This document shows positions 32,064 through 44,871 of a stretch of 64,000 nucleotides of DNA, in pieces. The notes under the pieces were generated by a model. It was not told the origin of the DNA. It ran no database searches and worked only from the letters and a program-made list of their open reading frames with translations. Position 1 is the stretch's first letter; the number at the start of each line of letters is the position of its first letter. The DNA is from an uncultured Spirochaetota bacterium (GTDB lineage: Bacteria > Spirochaetota > Spirochaetia > SZUA-6 > CAVTHK01). The translations under genes and the position numbers were made by a program. The stretch lies in assembly GCA_963734495.1 (NCBI GenBank), contig CAVTHK010000013.1, positions 320,001-384,000 of the forward strand. The letters run 5' to 3'.

Positions 32064-35000
32064 ATGTCTCCGATGAGCCCCGCCGAGCGCGTCCGCACCC
32101 CAACACCCAGGAAACGAGCGCTCCGAGCGCCAGCCGCAGCCCGGGGCGTGGTCCGGGGAGCAGCCCGGGCGGCGGTCCGGGCAGGCTCCCGCGACCAGTT
32201 CATCGTCGTCGAAGGCGCCCGCCAGAACAACCTGAAGGGCTTCGACCTGCGCCTTCCGCTCGGCAAGCTCATCGTCGTCACGGGCGTGAGCGGCAGCGGC
32301 AAGTCCTCGCTCGCCTTCGACACGATCTACTCCGAGGGCCAGCGCCGCTACGTCGAGACCTTTTCCGCGTACACGCGCCAGTTCCTCGACCGCATGGACA
32401 AGCCGAAGGTCGACCGCATCGACGGCATCCCCCCGGCGATCGCGATCGACCAGACCAACCCCGTGCGCACGTCGCGCTCCACGGTCGGCACGATGACCGA
32501 GCTCAACGACCACCTCAAGCTGCTCTACGCCCGCGCCGCCCGCCTGGTCTGCGGCCGCTGCGGCCGCGCCGTGCAGCGCGACAACCCGGACAGCATCTTC
32601 CGCTCGATCGAGTCCGCCCTCGCCGGCGCAGCGCGCCGTCATCACGTTCCCGGTGCGCGTCCCCGAGAACTTCACCGAGGAGGAGGTGCTGGGCTTTCTC
32701 GCGGCCCAGGGCTACCGGCGCATCCATTCCCGGTCCGGATCGCTCCTGGAGGTCGCCCAGGACCGCGTGGTCGTCGACCGGGAAAGCCGGTCGCGGATCG
32801 TCGAGGACCTCGAGGCCGCGCTCGCGCACGGGGCCGGCAGGGTCAACGTGTACCCGGCCGACGGGGCGGAGCCGGCGCGCCGCTCCGCTTCTCCGCCGAC
32901 CTGCACTGCCCGGACTGCGACATCCACTACCGCGACCCGGTGCCCGAACCTCTTCTCCTTCAACTCGCCGATCGGCGCCTGCGAGACCTGCCGGGGCTTC
33001 GGCCGCACGATCGGCATCGACTACGGCCTCGTCGTCCCCGACCCGACCAGGACGCTCGCGGAGGGCGCGATCCGCCCGTGGCAGACCGAGAGCTACGGCG
33101 AGTGCCAGGACGACCTGATGAGCTTCGCGCGCCGCAGGCGGAGTGCCGACCGACGTTCCCTGGCGCGAAGCTGAGCGAGGCGCACAGGAAGTGGGTGCTC
33201 GACGGCGAGGGCCGCTACGAGGACGGAAAGTGGTACGGGGTGCGCCGCTTCTTCGAGTGGCTCGAGACGAAGAGCTACAAGATGCACATCCGCGTGCTGC
33301 TCTCGCAAGTACCGGGCCTACCAGCTCCTGCCCGACCTGCGGCGGGGCGCGGCTCAAGCCCGAGGCCCTGCTGTGGCGGCTGGGGCCGGGGCAGGGCCTT
33401 TCGATCCACGACGTGATGCTGCTGCCGATCGACCGGTGCGCGGAGCTCTTCGGATCGCTCGAGCTGCCCGCGCCGCTCGACGAGGCAACGGCCGTGCTGC
33501 TCGGCGAGATCCGCACGCGGCTCGCGTATCTCGTCGACGTCGGCCTCGGCTACCTCACCCTCGACCGGCAGTCGCGCACCCTGAGCGGCGGCGAGGTGCA
33601 GCGCATCAACCTGACGACCGCGCTCGGCACCTCGCTCGTGAACGCTCTGTTCGTGCTCGACGAGCCGAGCATCGGGCTGCACTCGCGCGACATCCGCCGG
33701 CTGATCGGCGTGCTGCACCGGCTGCGCGACGCGGGCAACACGCTCCTCGTGGTCGAGCACGACCCCGAGGTGATCCGCGCGGCGGACCTCGTGCTCGACA
33801 TGGGGCCCGGCCCGGGCGAGCGCGGCGGCGAGATCGTGTTCCTCGGCGACCACCGGGCGCTGCTGCGCGCGAAAGGGTCGCTCACCGCGGACTACCTCGC
33901 GGGCCGCAGGCGCGTCGGCACGGGCCGCGCGGACGAGGGCGAGGGCGGCGGCGCCGGCGGGTCCGGGCAGGCGCGCGGCGGCGAGGCGCTGGAGATCGTC
34001 GGCGCGCGCGAGCACAACCTGCGCGGACGTCGACGTGCGCATCCCGCTGCACGCGCCTGGTCTGCATCTCGGGGGTCAGCGGCTCCGGCAAGTCGACGCT
34101 GATCCAGGACGTCCTCTACAACGGCCTCCGAAAGCTCAAGCACCGCCCGGTCGAGCAGCCCGGCGCGCACCGCGAGCTGCGCGGCGCAGACCTCGTGCGA
34201 GGACGTCGTCCTCGTCGACCAGTCGCCGATCGGGCGCACCACGCGGTCCAACGCGGCCAGCTACGTGGGCGCGTTCGACGAGATCCGCAAGCTCTTCGCC
34301 GCGGAGCCGCTGGCGCGCGAGCGCGGGTACACGGCCGGCACGTTCTCCTTCAACACGGGCGACGGCCGCTGCCCGACCTGCGGCGGCAACGGGTTCGAGC
34401 ACCTGGAGATGCAGTTCCTGAGCGACGTCTACCTGCGCTGCCCCGACTGCGACGGCCGCCGCTACCGCCCCGACGTGCTCGACGTGCAAGCTCGCTGGCG
34501 CCGGACGCCGCCGGGCTGCGGCAGCGAAGCGCGCCGCGCGCGCCGCGTCGATCGCCGACGTGCTCGACATGACCGTGGCCGAGGCGTGCGCGTTCTTCGC
34601 GGCCGAGCCGAGGATCGTCGCCGCGCTCGAGCCCCTGCGCGCCGTCGGCCTCGACTACCTCACGCTCGGCCAGCCCGCGACCAGCCTGAGCGGCGGCGAA
34701 GCGCAGCGCCTGAAGCTTGCCGGCTTTCTCGCCGAGGCCTCGATCCGCAGGGCCGGCCGCGGCGGCGCGGCCAGGACCGACCGCGGCACGCTCTTCCTCT
34801 TCGACGAGCCGACCACCGGGCTCCACTTCGACGACATCGCCACCCTGCTCGGCGCGCTGCGGGAGCTGATCCGGCGCGGGGCACTCGGTCGTCGTCATCG
34901 AGCACAACCTCGACGTGATCGCGGCCGCGGACTGGGTCGTCGACCTCGGCCCTGAGGGCGGCGATGCCGGCGGCGCGGTCGTGTGCGCCGGCACGCCGCG

Positions 35001-37883
35001 CGAGGTCGCCGCGGTCGCAGGCGAGCCACACCGGCGAGGCGCTGCGCCGGTACGCTGCCGCGCTCGCGTCGCCCGGCGGCGCGGCTGCGGCGGCCGGCCG
35101 GCCGGCGCGGCAGCGGCGACTGGCGCGCCGCCCGAGGCGGCGGCCCGGGCCGCGGCGCGCGCGCGCGAGCACGACCACTCGATCGTGATCCGCCACGCCC
35201 GCGAGCACAACCTCAAGAACATCGACGTGCGCATCCCGCGCGACACCTTCACCGTGATCACCGGCGTGAGCGGCAGCGGGAAGAGCACGCTCGCCTTCGA
35301 CATCCTCTTCGCCGAAGGCCAGCGCCGCTACCTCGAGTCGCTGAACGCCTACGCGCGGCAGTTCGTGCAGCCCGCCTCGCGGCCCGACGTCGACGGCATC
35401 CTCGGCGTTCCGCCGACGGTGGCCATCGAGCAGCGCACGAGCCGCGGCGGCCGCAAGAGCACGGTCGCGACCGTGACCGAGATCTACCATTTCCTCCGAC
35501 TGCTCTTCGTCAAGCTCGGCACGCAGCACTGCCCGGACTGCCAGCGTCCCGATCGAGCCGCAGAGCCGCGAGGCGATCCTCTCCCGCATCCTCGAGCGCT
35601 ACGCGGGACGCACGGTCACCCTGCTCGCGCCCCTCGTCGTCGCGCGCAAGGGCTACTACACGGACCTCGCGCGCTGGGCCGCGGGCCGCGGCTTCGCGCA
35701 CCTGCGGGTCGACGGGCGGCTCCAGCCCACCGAGCCGCTGGCCCCGCCTGGACCGCTACATCGAGCACAACATCGAGCTTCCCGTGGCCGACGCTCGCGG
35801 TGTCGCGCGGCGGCGCGAGGGAGCTCGCGCGAGGCGGTCGACCTCGCGCTCGACCTCGGCAAGGGCGTCGTCTACGTCCTCGTCGAGGAGGGCAAGGTGA
35901 AGGGCAGCGGCGGCGCGCCGCCGCGCGCGCGGCGAAAGGGGCCGCGGCGGCGCCCGTGGTCTTCTCCACGAAGCGCGCCTGCCCGAGCTGCGGCCGCAGC
36001 TTCGAGGAGCTCGACCCGAGGCTCTTCTCCTTCAACTCGAAGCACGGGTGGTGCCCGACCTGCTACGGGACCGGGCTCGCAGATGCGCGGCTTCGACGCC
36101 GAGCAGACCGGCGAGGAGATCTGGTGGAACCAGTGGTGGGAGGGCGACGAGCGGCCCTGCCCCGCCTGCGCCGGCGAGCGCCTCCGGCCCGAGGCGCTCG
36201 CGGTGACGTTCCATGGCCGCAACATCTCGAAGCTCACCGCGCTCTCGGTCGAGCAGGCGCGCGCGTTCCTCGACGCGCTGGCCCTCGCGGGCCGCGAGGC
36301 CGAGATCGCGCGCGACATCGTGGCCGAGCTCCGCTCGCGCCTCGAGTTCCTCTCGCGAGGTGGGGCTCCCCTACCTCTCGCTCGACCGCGCCGCGCCCAG
36401 CCTGAGCGGGGGCGAGGCGCAGCGCATCCGGCTCGCCTCGCAGCTCGGCTCGAACCTGCGCGGGGTCTGCTACATCCTCGACGAGCCGACGATCGGGCTG
36501 CACGCCCGCGACAACCGCATGCTGCTCGACACGCTGCGCAGGCTCAAGGACAAGGGCAACACGGTCGTCGTGGTCGAGCACGACGAGGAGACCATCCGCG
36601 AGGCCGAGCACGTGATCGACCTGGGCCCCGGCGGCGGCGCCGGCGGCGGCCGCCTCGTGTTCGCCGGGCCGGTGAGCCGGCTGCTGGCGCCGCGGACCGC
36701 GCGCAGCTCGCAGACGGCGCCGTTCCTGTCCGACCCGCTGCGGCACCCGCTGCGCGGACCCGCGCGCCGCGGCGCGGCCGAGCGCAGCCTGCGGCTCCGC
36801 GGGCGCGAAGCTGCACAACCTCAAGGCTCTCGACGTCGCCATCCCCCTCGGCCGCCTGGTGTGCGTGACCGGGGTCAGCGGCAGCGGCAAGAGCACGCTC
36901 GTGCGCGAGGTGCTGTACGAGAACCTCAAGGCCGCGCTGTCACGGCGCCGGCGCGGCACCGGAGCCCCCGCGCCGCGGAGCCGCCCCATGGCTGCGACGC
37001 CCTCGAGGGCTGGGAGGCGCTCGGCCGCGCGCTCGAGGTCGACCAGACGCCGATCGGAAAGACGCCGCGCTCCTGCCCCGCCACCTACGTCGGCTTCTGG
37101 GACGACGTGCGCCGGCTGTTCGCCGAGGTCGCCCGACGCGAAGATGCGCGGCTACACGGCGAGCCGCTTCTCCTTCAACGTGAGCGGCGGCCGCTGCGAG
37201 GAGTGCGAGGGGCAGGGGCTCAAGCGCATCGAGATGAGCTTCCTCCCCGACGTGACGCGTGCGTCTGCGAGGCGTGCGGCGGGACGGCGCTTCAACGAGG
37301 AGACGCTGGCGATCCGCTTCCGCGACCGCACCATCGCCGACGTGCTTGCGATGAGCGTCGACGAGGCGGCGGACTTCTTCAGCTTCCATCCGAGGATCCA
37401 CCACAGCCTCAAGCTGCTGCGGGACGTCGGCCTCGGCTACCTCTCGCTCGGGCCAGCAGAGCCCGACGCTGAGCGGCGGGCGAGGCGCAGCGGATCAAGC
37501 TGGTCACGGAGCTGGCCAAGGCGCGGCCGGGGAGCGCGGCGCCGCGGGGACGGGGCGCCGGGCGGGGCGCAACGGCGGCGGCACGCGGCGCCTGCCTCTA
37601 CGTGCTCGACGAGCCGACGATCGGGCTGCACATGGCGGACGTCGAGCGCCTGATCCGGGTGCTGCACCGGCTCGTGGACGCGGGCAACACGGTCGTGATC
37701 ATCGAGCACAACCTCGACGTGATCGCCGAGGCGGACTGGATCATCGACCTCGGACCCGAGGGCGGCGACGCGGGCGGCCGCGTCGTGGCCGAGGGCACGC
37801 CCGAGGAGGTGGCGCGGGCGCGCAAGGGCTCGCACACCGCGCGTTTCCTCAAAGGCTTTCTGGCCGAGCGCGGCCGCGCCTGA
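32064..37883 (+). CDS. uvrA: Double-length (tandem-fused) excinuclease ABC subunit A, about 1900 aa, many frameshifts
   Basis: Four GVSGSGKS Walker A motifs (near 32290, 34080, 35270, 36880), four LSGG(E)/DEP(S/T)xGLH sets, repeated FSFN..GxCxxC zinc fingers, EGQRRY twice. Confidence 0.93.
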
Positions 37884-37901
37884 GAGCCCCGTGCCGCGCC
37901 C

Positions 37902-38294
37902 TCAGTTCGTCGGTTCCACCAGGAAGCTGGCCGAAGTTGTCGGGGAGACGGCCAGCTGCTCGTTATAGGCCTTTTGCCTGCCGTCGACTTCGATCGCCAC
38001 CTGGAGATCCGTCAGGAACAGCGGGTCCGGGATCGTGACCTGGGCCTGGACGAAGGCGAGGAAGGGCTGGCTCTTGCTTACAGTCACCGGGAACGTGGTC
38101 TGGAAATTGCCGGTCTGCGTCACGATCACGGTGTCGCCATTCTCATTCGTGTAGGTGATCTTCACCTGCGCGAAAGACGCGTTGAGGTCGACGAGGTAAG
38201 TGACGTCCTTGGTCCAATCACCCACAAGCAGGATGCACCCGCTCAGGCTCGCCAGCATCAGCAAGAGAACGCCGGCAATCAGGATCCGTTTCAT
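37902..38294 (-). CDS. Putative lipoprotein, beta-rich
   Basis: MKRILIAGVLLLMLASLSGC lipobox; SD GGAGG; visibly less GC-rich than its flanks. Confidence 0.75.
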   Translation of the reverse strand: MKRILIAGVLLLMLASLSGCILLVGDWTKDVTYLVDLNASFAQVKITYTNENGDTVIVTQTGNFQTTFPVTVSKSQPFLAFVQAQVTIPDPLFLTDLQVAIEVDGRQKAYNEQLAVSPTTSASFLVEPTN

Positions 38295-38433
38295 TGTTCC
38301 TCCCGTCTATACAACACAATAGCCCATCCGCAGCGTCACCTCAGCCGCCCGGGGCGCCTCCGGCGGCGCCGCATTCTCACTGTACACAGCCCGCCCATCG
38401 CGTGCTACCATCGCGCCAGCCAAGGAGGACAGC

Positions 38434-38997
38434 ATGGTCAAGGGAAAGAAGATCGCCGCCATCATCACGGACACGTTCCACAACACGGAGCTCACCGACC
38501 CGCAGAAGGCACTGGAGAAGGCGGGAGCGAAAGTGGTCGTCATCGGCGTCGAGGAGAGGCAGAAGAAGGAAGGCGTGCTCGACCACGTGACGGGACGGCT
38601 TCCCGACAGCATGAAGCCCCCCGTCAAAGACAGGCAGCAGATCGCCATGACGATCGACGAGGCGAACGCGGCGGACTTTGACGGGCTGCTGCTCGCGGGC
38701 GGGGGGTCGCCGGAAAAGCTCCGCGGCTACCCGAAGGTCGTGAGCTTCGTGCAGGACGTCTTCTGCCAGAAGAAGCCCATCGCCGCGATCTGCCACGGCC
38801 CGATGATCATGATCAGCGCCGGCGTCGTCAAGGGCAAGGCGATGACCTGCGTGCCGAGCATCGGGATCGACCTGGCCAACGCGGGCGCGATCTACATGGA
38901 CCGGCCGCTCGTGGTCGACGGCAACATCGCGACCTCGCGCACGCCCAAGGACATGGACCAGTTCATCGCCGGCGCCCTCGAGGTCTTCGGGAAGTAG
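38434..38997 (+). CDS. DJ-1/PfpI family protein
   Basis: ELTDP, LLLAGGGSPEKLR, AAICHGP, VVDGNIATSRTPKD; TGCTACCAT extended -10 and SD AGGAGG. Confidence 0.92.
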   Translation: MVKGKKIAAIITDTFHNTELTDPQKALEKAGAKVVVIGVEERQKKEGVLDHVTGRLPDSMKPPVKDRQQIAMTIDEANAADFDGLLLAGGGSPEKLRGYPKVVSFVQDVFCQKKPIAAICHGPMIMISAGVVKGKAMTCVPSIGIDLANAGAIYMDRPLVVDGNIATSRTPKDMDQFIAGALEVFGK

Positions 38998-39007
38998 GAG
39001 AAGGACA

Positions 39008-40056
39008 GTGAAGGTCACCGACATCATCGTCACGCCGCGCGAGCGCAAGAGGACGCAGCGGCGCGGTCTCGGACGCCCTGCAGGTGCTCGACGCTCCCGG
39101 GGACGTCGAGGTCACGGTGCGCACGGACGACGGCATCGAGGGGCACGGCGACTCCTCGTTCGGCCGGGTCGCGGGGGCTCCGCGCGCGCTCGCCGCCCTC
39201 ATCGAGAACGAGCTCAAGCCGCTCGTGCTCGGCACGGACCCCGCGTTCGTGCGCCGCACGCACGCGGCGATGCTCCGCGAGACCGAGTACCACGGCTCTT
39301 TCGGGCTCACGATGTTCGGGATCGCGGCGCTCGACACGGCCCTCTGGGACTGCCTCGGCCGCGCGCGCGGCGTCCCGTGCTGGCAGATGTGGGGCGCGTG
39401 CCGGGAGACGGTGCCCGCGTACGCGATGGTGGGCTGGCTCAACTACGGCGACGACGAGGTGCAGAAGATCTGCGCCAAAGCGGTGTCGCAGGGCTTCCGC
39501 GGCGTCAAGATCAAGGTCGGGTACCCGACGCTCGCGCAGGACCTCCACCGCATCGACGATCGTGCGGGAGGCGGTCGGTCCGGACGTCCGCATGATGGTC
39601 GACGCGAACCAGGTGCTGACGGTCTCGGAGGCTCTCCGGCGCGGCCGCGCGTTCCAGGAGCTGGGGATCTTCTGGTGGGAGGAGCCGCTGCCGGCCGACG
39701 ACATCGACGGCTACGCGGCGCTGGCCGCCGGGCTCGACATCCCGGTCGCGACGGGCGAGAACCTGTACACGCCCGCCGACTTTGCGCGCTTCCTCCGCCG
39801 CGACGCGGTGGACATCGTGCAGCCGGACCTGCGGCGCGGCGGCGGCCCCACGGCGCTGCTGGAGATCGGCATGCTGGCCGACGCCTTCCGCAGGCCTTAC
39901 GCCTCGCACGGCGGCGGGCCGGTTCAGCTTTCGATCATGGCCTCGCTGCCCAACGCCTTCTACCTCGAGACAGGCATGATCGAATCGGGCTCGCGGCTCG
40001 AGCTCGTCGACGGGTGCGCAAAGCTGCCCCGCGGGGCGGGGTTCTCCTGGGAGTAG
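39008..40056 (+). CDS. Mandelate racemase/muconate lactonizing enzyme family (2 frameshifts)
   Basis: LDTALWD, GVKIKVG, MMVDANQ, WWEEP, ATGEN, IVQPD, ASHGG. Confidence 0.9.
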
Positions 40057-40105
40057 CCGGGCGCGGCGCTACTTCGCGCCCTGCCTGGCGGCGGGCTCCC
40101 CGGCG

Positions 40106-41312
40106 CTACCGCGCCGGGCTCTCGGGGAGCCACCCCCACGGGTGCGGGCCCCAGGCAGGCGCGATCGGGTGGCCGGCGCTCACCGCGAGCGCCGGCACGA
40201 TCGCCCGATCGCCTTTCTCCTTGCGGCCAAAGGAGTCGGCAAAGAGCCACTCGCCTTCGACGAGCTCGAGCACCGAGATGTCGGCATCCCGGCCGGGCGC
40301 GAGCGCGCCGAGGCTCGACGACATCCCCATCACGCGCGCAGGTCCCGCCGTCGTCCTCTCGATCACGTCCGGGAGGCTCATGCCGAGCATCAGGAACTTG
40401 GACATGCACTCGGTCAGGCTGTAGACGATGTCGCCTCGGCCGCCGACCGTGAGGTCCGAGCTGATCACGTCGGTGACGATGCCCTGATCGTGCAGGCGGC
40501 GCGCCGTCTCGAAGCTCAGGTTGCGACGCCCGTGCGCCGCATCGAAGACGATGCCTCGCTCGCGCGCGGCACGCAGCTCCGGCAGCACCCTCCCCTGCTC
40601 GTCGAGCATGTCCCCCGGGTTGGCCGTGTAGATGTGCGTGACGATGTCGCCGGGCGCCATCAGGTCGAGCATCTGCCGCGTCACCCGCTCGGCCGGCTCG
40701 GGGCTCGGCGGCATCGTCGTGTCGCCGATGTGCACCATGAGGGCGGTGCCGGATTCCCGCGCGGCCCGGACCGAGGCGCGCGACCAGGTCCAGCCCCATA
40801 GCGTGCACGCCGGGGCTCACCAGGCGGAGCTTTACGCCCAGCAGGCAGCTGCGCCGGGCCGCGATCGTCTCCGCCGCGGCCTCCGCGTCGACCGTGACGC
40901 GGTCGTACAGCTCCGGCAGGAGCACCTGGCCCGTGCGGCAGATGTGGAGGTAGGCGAGCGTCCGCGTGCGGGCGCGCGGGATCGCGCGGAGCAGCACGCC
41001 GAGCGTGTTGGCCCCGGTGCTGCCGCCGTCCACGACCGTGGTCACGCCCGCGAGCACCCCTGCCGCGTCCGGCTCCACGTGGGCCTCCGTGAGCCCGGGC
41101 ACGCCGAGGCCCGCGGCCACGTGAGCGTGCATGTCGATGAGGCCCGGCGTCACCAGCTTTCCGCGGACGTCGATGACCCGCTTCGCCTCGCGATCCGGGA
41201 TTCCGGCCTCGAGGGCCGCGATGCGCCCCGCGGCGACCGCGACGTCGAGGGGTCCGTCGAGGCCCTGTCCGGGGTCGAGGACGCGGCCGCCCTTGAGCAA
41301 CAGATCGTACAC
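40106..41312 (-). CDS. Amidohydrolase, dihydroorotase-like/deacetylase type (frameshift near 40780)
   Basis: LKGGRVLDP, PGLIDMHAH, GVTTVVDGGS, GVKLR, MVHIG, GDIVTH, VISSD, GRDADISVL. Confidence 0.88.
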
Positions 41313-41359
41313 CTTGTCCTCCTCGCATCCGGGCACACCCGCCGCATCCGCGCGCACCG

Positions 41360-42802
41360 TTACGGCGTTATCGTGACACGGATGCGGGTTTCGCGAGCCT
41401 CGACCCGGCACAGGACCCCGTAGGCGAGGCTCGCCGCCAGGCGGATCACAGCGGTGACCAGGAACGCCTCCTGGAACCCCATCCAGCCGAGCAGCGCCAC
41501 GCCCAGCAGCGGAGCGATGATCGAGGACACCGTGACCGCCGTGTTGAAGTACGCGATGTAAGAGGTCCTGTGCCGCTCCGGGACCACGTCGAGCAGCGAG
41601 TTGAACAGCGCGATGTTGACCCCGGCGAAGATCGCGCCGACCAGGAGATTCGAGATCGCGATTGTGTACAGCTCTTTGGAGAACACGTAGATGAGGGAGG
41701 TGAAGAAGGTCGGCAGCGTGGAGATGAACAGGGCCCGGAGGTTGCCCCAGCGCTTGATCATCCGCGTCCAGAAGCCGTAGCCGACCAGGGCGCCTCCCGT
41801 GTTCATGAGCGCGAGCAGGCTCACCCACATGTTGTTCGCGTGCAGCACCCTCACCTGGTACCAGGAGAACAGCGGCCAGGGGATTTGCAGGGCCAGGTAG
41901 TAGAAGACGGACACCGCGGTGTAGCGCACGAATCGGCGCTCGTCGAGGACCTCCCGGATACGGTCGGAGGCGCGCCGTCCGTAGCGCACGGTGTGGGACC
42001 AGAACGCCAGCAGCGGGATGCGCGGCGCCGAGCTCAGCGGTGGGAAGGGCGCGCCCAGGGGCGGGCTTGCCGGCGACTTGGGCACTGGCAGGCCGTTGGC
42101 GACCGCATCCGTGTCGCTGATCCGCTTGAAGACGACCAGCTCCACAACCGCCACGGCAAACGCGCCGACAAACGCGATCTGGTAGCCAAGGGGAAACACG
42201 GTGTGGTCGAGGAACACGCCCACCGCCACCGTGATCACGGTGCCGACCAGGCTCATGACCCGGTTGCGGGCCGCGAACGTTTCGGCTCGCCGCTCGGGGG
42301 GCACGACGCGCGATATGAAAGCCTGCCATGCGACGTTGCTGATGGCCCCGGGGAGGTTCATCAACGCCAGCAGTATGACGAACGCGGTGGGCTGCGCGGG
42401 GCCATGGAAGAACGGCACGCAGGCCAGCAGCAGATAGAAGAGCCGGTGGCCGAGCATGTAGCGCCACGTGAGCTCCTTCTTGCGGTCCGAGCGGTCGATG
42501 GTCAGCGCGCCGGGGATCATGGCCAGCAGGCTCACGATCGCGGGCGCAGAGGTCAGGAACGCCACGTGCATCTTGGTGGCGCCGATCTTCATGGCGAAGA
42601 TGGCTGCAAACGGGCCCGCCATGTTCAGCGAGGCGCTGTTGAAGAGCCCGTGCATGACAGTGAGGTGGAGGTTGCGCGCTAGGGTGGTGGCCGGGGCCGT
42701 GGGCGTCCCAGCGTCCCTCGGGCCGGGCGCCATGAAGTACGGGCGCAGCCTCGCGGGCGCCTTCTTCATGAGCTCTTTGGCTTTTTGCTTCCAGGTACTC
42801 AC
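41360..42802 (-). CDS. MFS transporter
   Basis: About 12 TM helices; WQAFISRVVPPERR..F..RN; LLDVVPERHR..Y. Confidence 0.85.
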   Translation of the reverse strand: MSTWKQKAKELMKKAPARLRPYFMAPGPRDAGTPTAPATTLARNLHLTVMHGLFNSASLNMAGPFAAIFAMKIGATKMHVAFLTSAPAIVSLLAMIPGALTIDRSDRKKELTWRYMLGHRLFYLLLACVPFFHGPAQPTAFVILLALMNLPGAISNVAWQAFISRVVPPERRAETFAARNRVMSLVGTVITVAVGVFLDHTVFPLGYQIAFVGAFAVAVVELVVFKRISDTDAVANGLPVPKSPASPPLGAPFPPLSSAPRIPLLAFWSHTVRYGRRASDRIREVLDERRFVRYTAVSVFYYLALQIPWPLFSWYQVRVLHANNMWVSLLALMNTGGALVGYGFWTRMIKRWGNLRALFISTLPTFFTSLIYVFSKELYTIAISNLLVGAIFAGVNIALFNSLLDVVPERHRTSYIAYFNTAVTVSSIIAPLLGVALLGWMGFQEAFLVTAVIRLAASLAYGVLCRVEARETRIRVTITP

Positions 42803-42871
42803 AGGGGGGATGGAATCTTATAGGCCCGCCCCTTCGGGCGAGTCAAGGCCAAGCCCTCAGGGTCCTCAGGG

Positions 42872-42900
42872 TTGCCCGCGCGCCCCGGCGAGCGTACACT
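42872..42900 (+). promoter_or_regulatory. Promoter TTGCCC-N17-TACACT, leaderless geometry
   Basis: -10 ends 7 nt before ATG 42908; no SD. Confidence 0.65.
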
Positions 42901-42907
42901 CCCGGCC

Positions 42908-43674
42908 ATGGCTGAGATGACGGTGAGCCTGGCCGGCCGCAGGGCGCTGGTGACGGGCGCCACCAAGGGGATCGGGCGCGAGGTGGCCCTAAGGCTCGCC
43001 CGCGCGGGGTGCGATGTGGGCGTGACGGGCCGCGACGAGGCGGAGCTGCGGACGCTCGAGGCCGAGATCCGCGCGCTCGGGCGCCGCTGCTGGACGACGC
43101 GCGGCCGACCTGCGCTCGCGCGGGGAGACCCTCGCGATGGCGGAGTACTTCGCGAAGGCGATGGACCCGATCGACATCCTCGTGAACAACGCGGGGACCG
43201 CGATCACGGAGCCTCTGCTCTACCTCGAGCCGGACCACTGGGACACGGTCCTCGCGGTGAACCTGACCGCGCCGGCGCTCGTGAGCAAGGTCGTCGCCGC
43301 CGGGATGGTGCGCCACCGCAGCGGCGCGATCGTCAACGTCTCCAGCCAGGCCGGCGTGATCGGGCTGCGCCGAGCACGCGGCCTACTGCGCGAGCAAGTT
43401 CGGCCTGAACGGGCTCACCAAGGTGATGGCCATCGAGCTCGGCCCGCACAACGTGCGGGTCAACGCCGTGGCGCCGACCGTGGTGCTCACGCCGATGGGC
43501 GAGCAGGTGTGGGGCGACCCGGCCAAGGGCGACCCGATGAAGGCGAAGATCCCCCTCGGCCGGTTCGCCTACCCCTCCAACATCGCGGACGCGGTCCTGT
43601 TTCTCGCCTCGGACGCGGCTTCCATGATTCACGGCGAGGTGCTGCTGATCGACGGCGGGTACACGGCTCAGTGA
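42908..43674 (+). CDS. SDR, polyol dehydrogenase/L-xylulose reductase-like (2 frameshifts)
   Basis: TGATKGIG, LVNNAG, NVSSQAG, YCASK, VNAVAPTVVLTPMG, DGGYTA. Confidence 0.88.
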
Positions 43675-44871
43675 GCGGCGCGCACGACGGCGGTCAAGCG
43701 GAGCGCCCGCTGGGAGCCTTCCGCCTCTTCTACTTCTTCTACTACGCCGCGGGCGCCGCGCTCGCGCCGAACCTCGTGCTCCACTACCGCGCGGCGGGCC
43801 TGCCCGAAGGCATGATCGGCACTCCTCGCCGCGGTCCCGCCGCTGGTGACCCTGATCGCCGGCGACCCTGTGGAGCGGCGTCGCCGACGCGACCCGCAGC
43901 CACGGCCGCGTGCTGAGCGCTCACGATCCTCGGGGCCATGGCCTGCTCGGCGGCGGTGGGGCTGTCGAGCCGCTTCGCCGCGCTGATGATCGCGGTGACC
44001 GGCTATGCGTTCTTCCTCGCCCCGATCATCCCGCTCGCGGACGACACGGTGCTCGCGCGGCTCGGGCAGCTCCGCGGGCCGCTACGGCCGCATCCGGGTC
44101 TGGGGAGCCATCGGCTGGGGCGCGTGCGCTCCCATCGTCGGCGTGCTGAGCCAGCGCTGGGGCCTGCGGGCCGCGTTCGGCTCCTACCTGGCGCTCATGG
44201 GCGTCTGTTTCGCCCTCGCCCTCGCGATGCCGGTCACGCCGCGCGAGCGGGGGCCGGGCTACGGAACGGCGCTGCGGCAGCTCCTCTCCCGGCCGGGGTG
44301 GATCTCGTTCCTGCTGCTGCTCATGGCGGTCGGGGCGGGCCTCGCGACGGTGCACAGCTATCTCTTTCTCTACCTGAGCGACCTCGGCGCGGGCAGCGCG
44401 TTGATGGGCATTTCGCTGACCGTCGCCACCGTGAGCGAGCTCGCCGTGTTCGTGCTCTCCGAGCGCATGCTCGCGCGCCTCGGCCCGCGCGGGCTCCTGC
44501 TGCTGGCCACCGCCGCTACGGTCCTTCGCCTCGCGGCCTACTCGGTCGTCCGCACCCCGGCGCTCGTCCTCGTCGTGCAGCTCCTGCACGGGCTCTCGTT
44601 CTCCGCCACGTGGGTCGCCGCCGTCTCGTTCGCCCACAGAATGGCGCCGGCGGGCCTCGGGGCCACGGCGCAGGCCCTCGTCGGCGGGGTCATCTTTGGC
44701 GTGGCCGCGGCCGCCGGCGCCGGGCTCGGCGGCCTGCTGTACCAGGCCGGCGGCCCCTTCGCGATGTATCGGTGGGCGGCCCTGGGGCTGCTCGCGGCCC
44801 TCGCGGCGTACCTGCCGTTCAGCCGGCGGGCGGCTGCCCCTCCGCGAGGCGCCGCACGCTCTGCCGGCTGA
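43671..44871 (+). CDS. MFS transporter (MFS_1-like/LacY-related), frameshifted
   Basis: FYFFYYAA, YGRIRVWGAIGW, SELAVF, QLLHGLSF. Confidence 0.82.
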
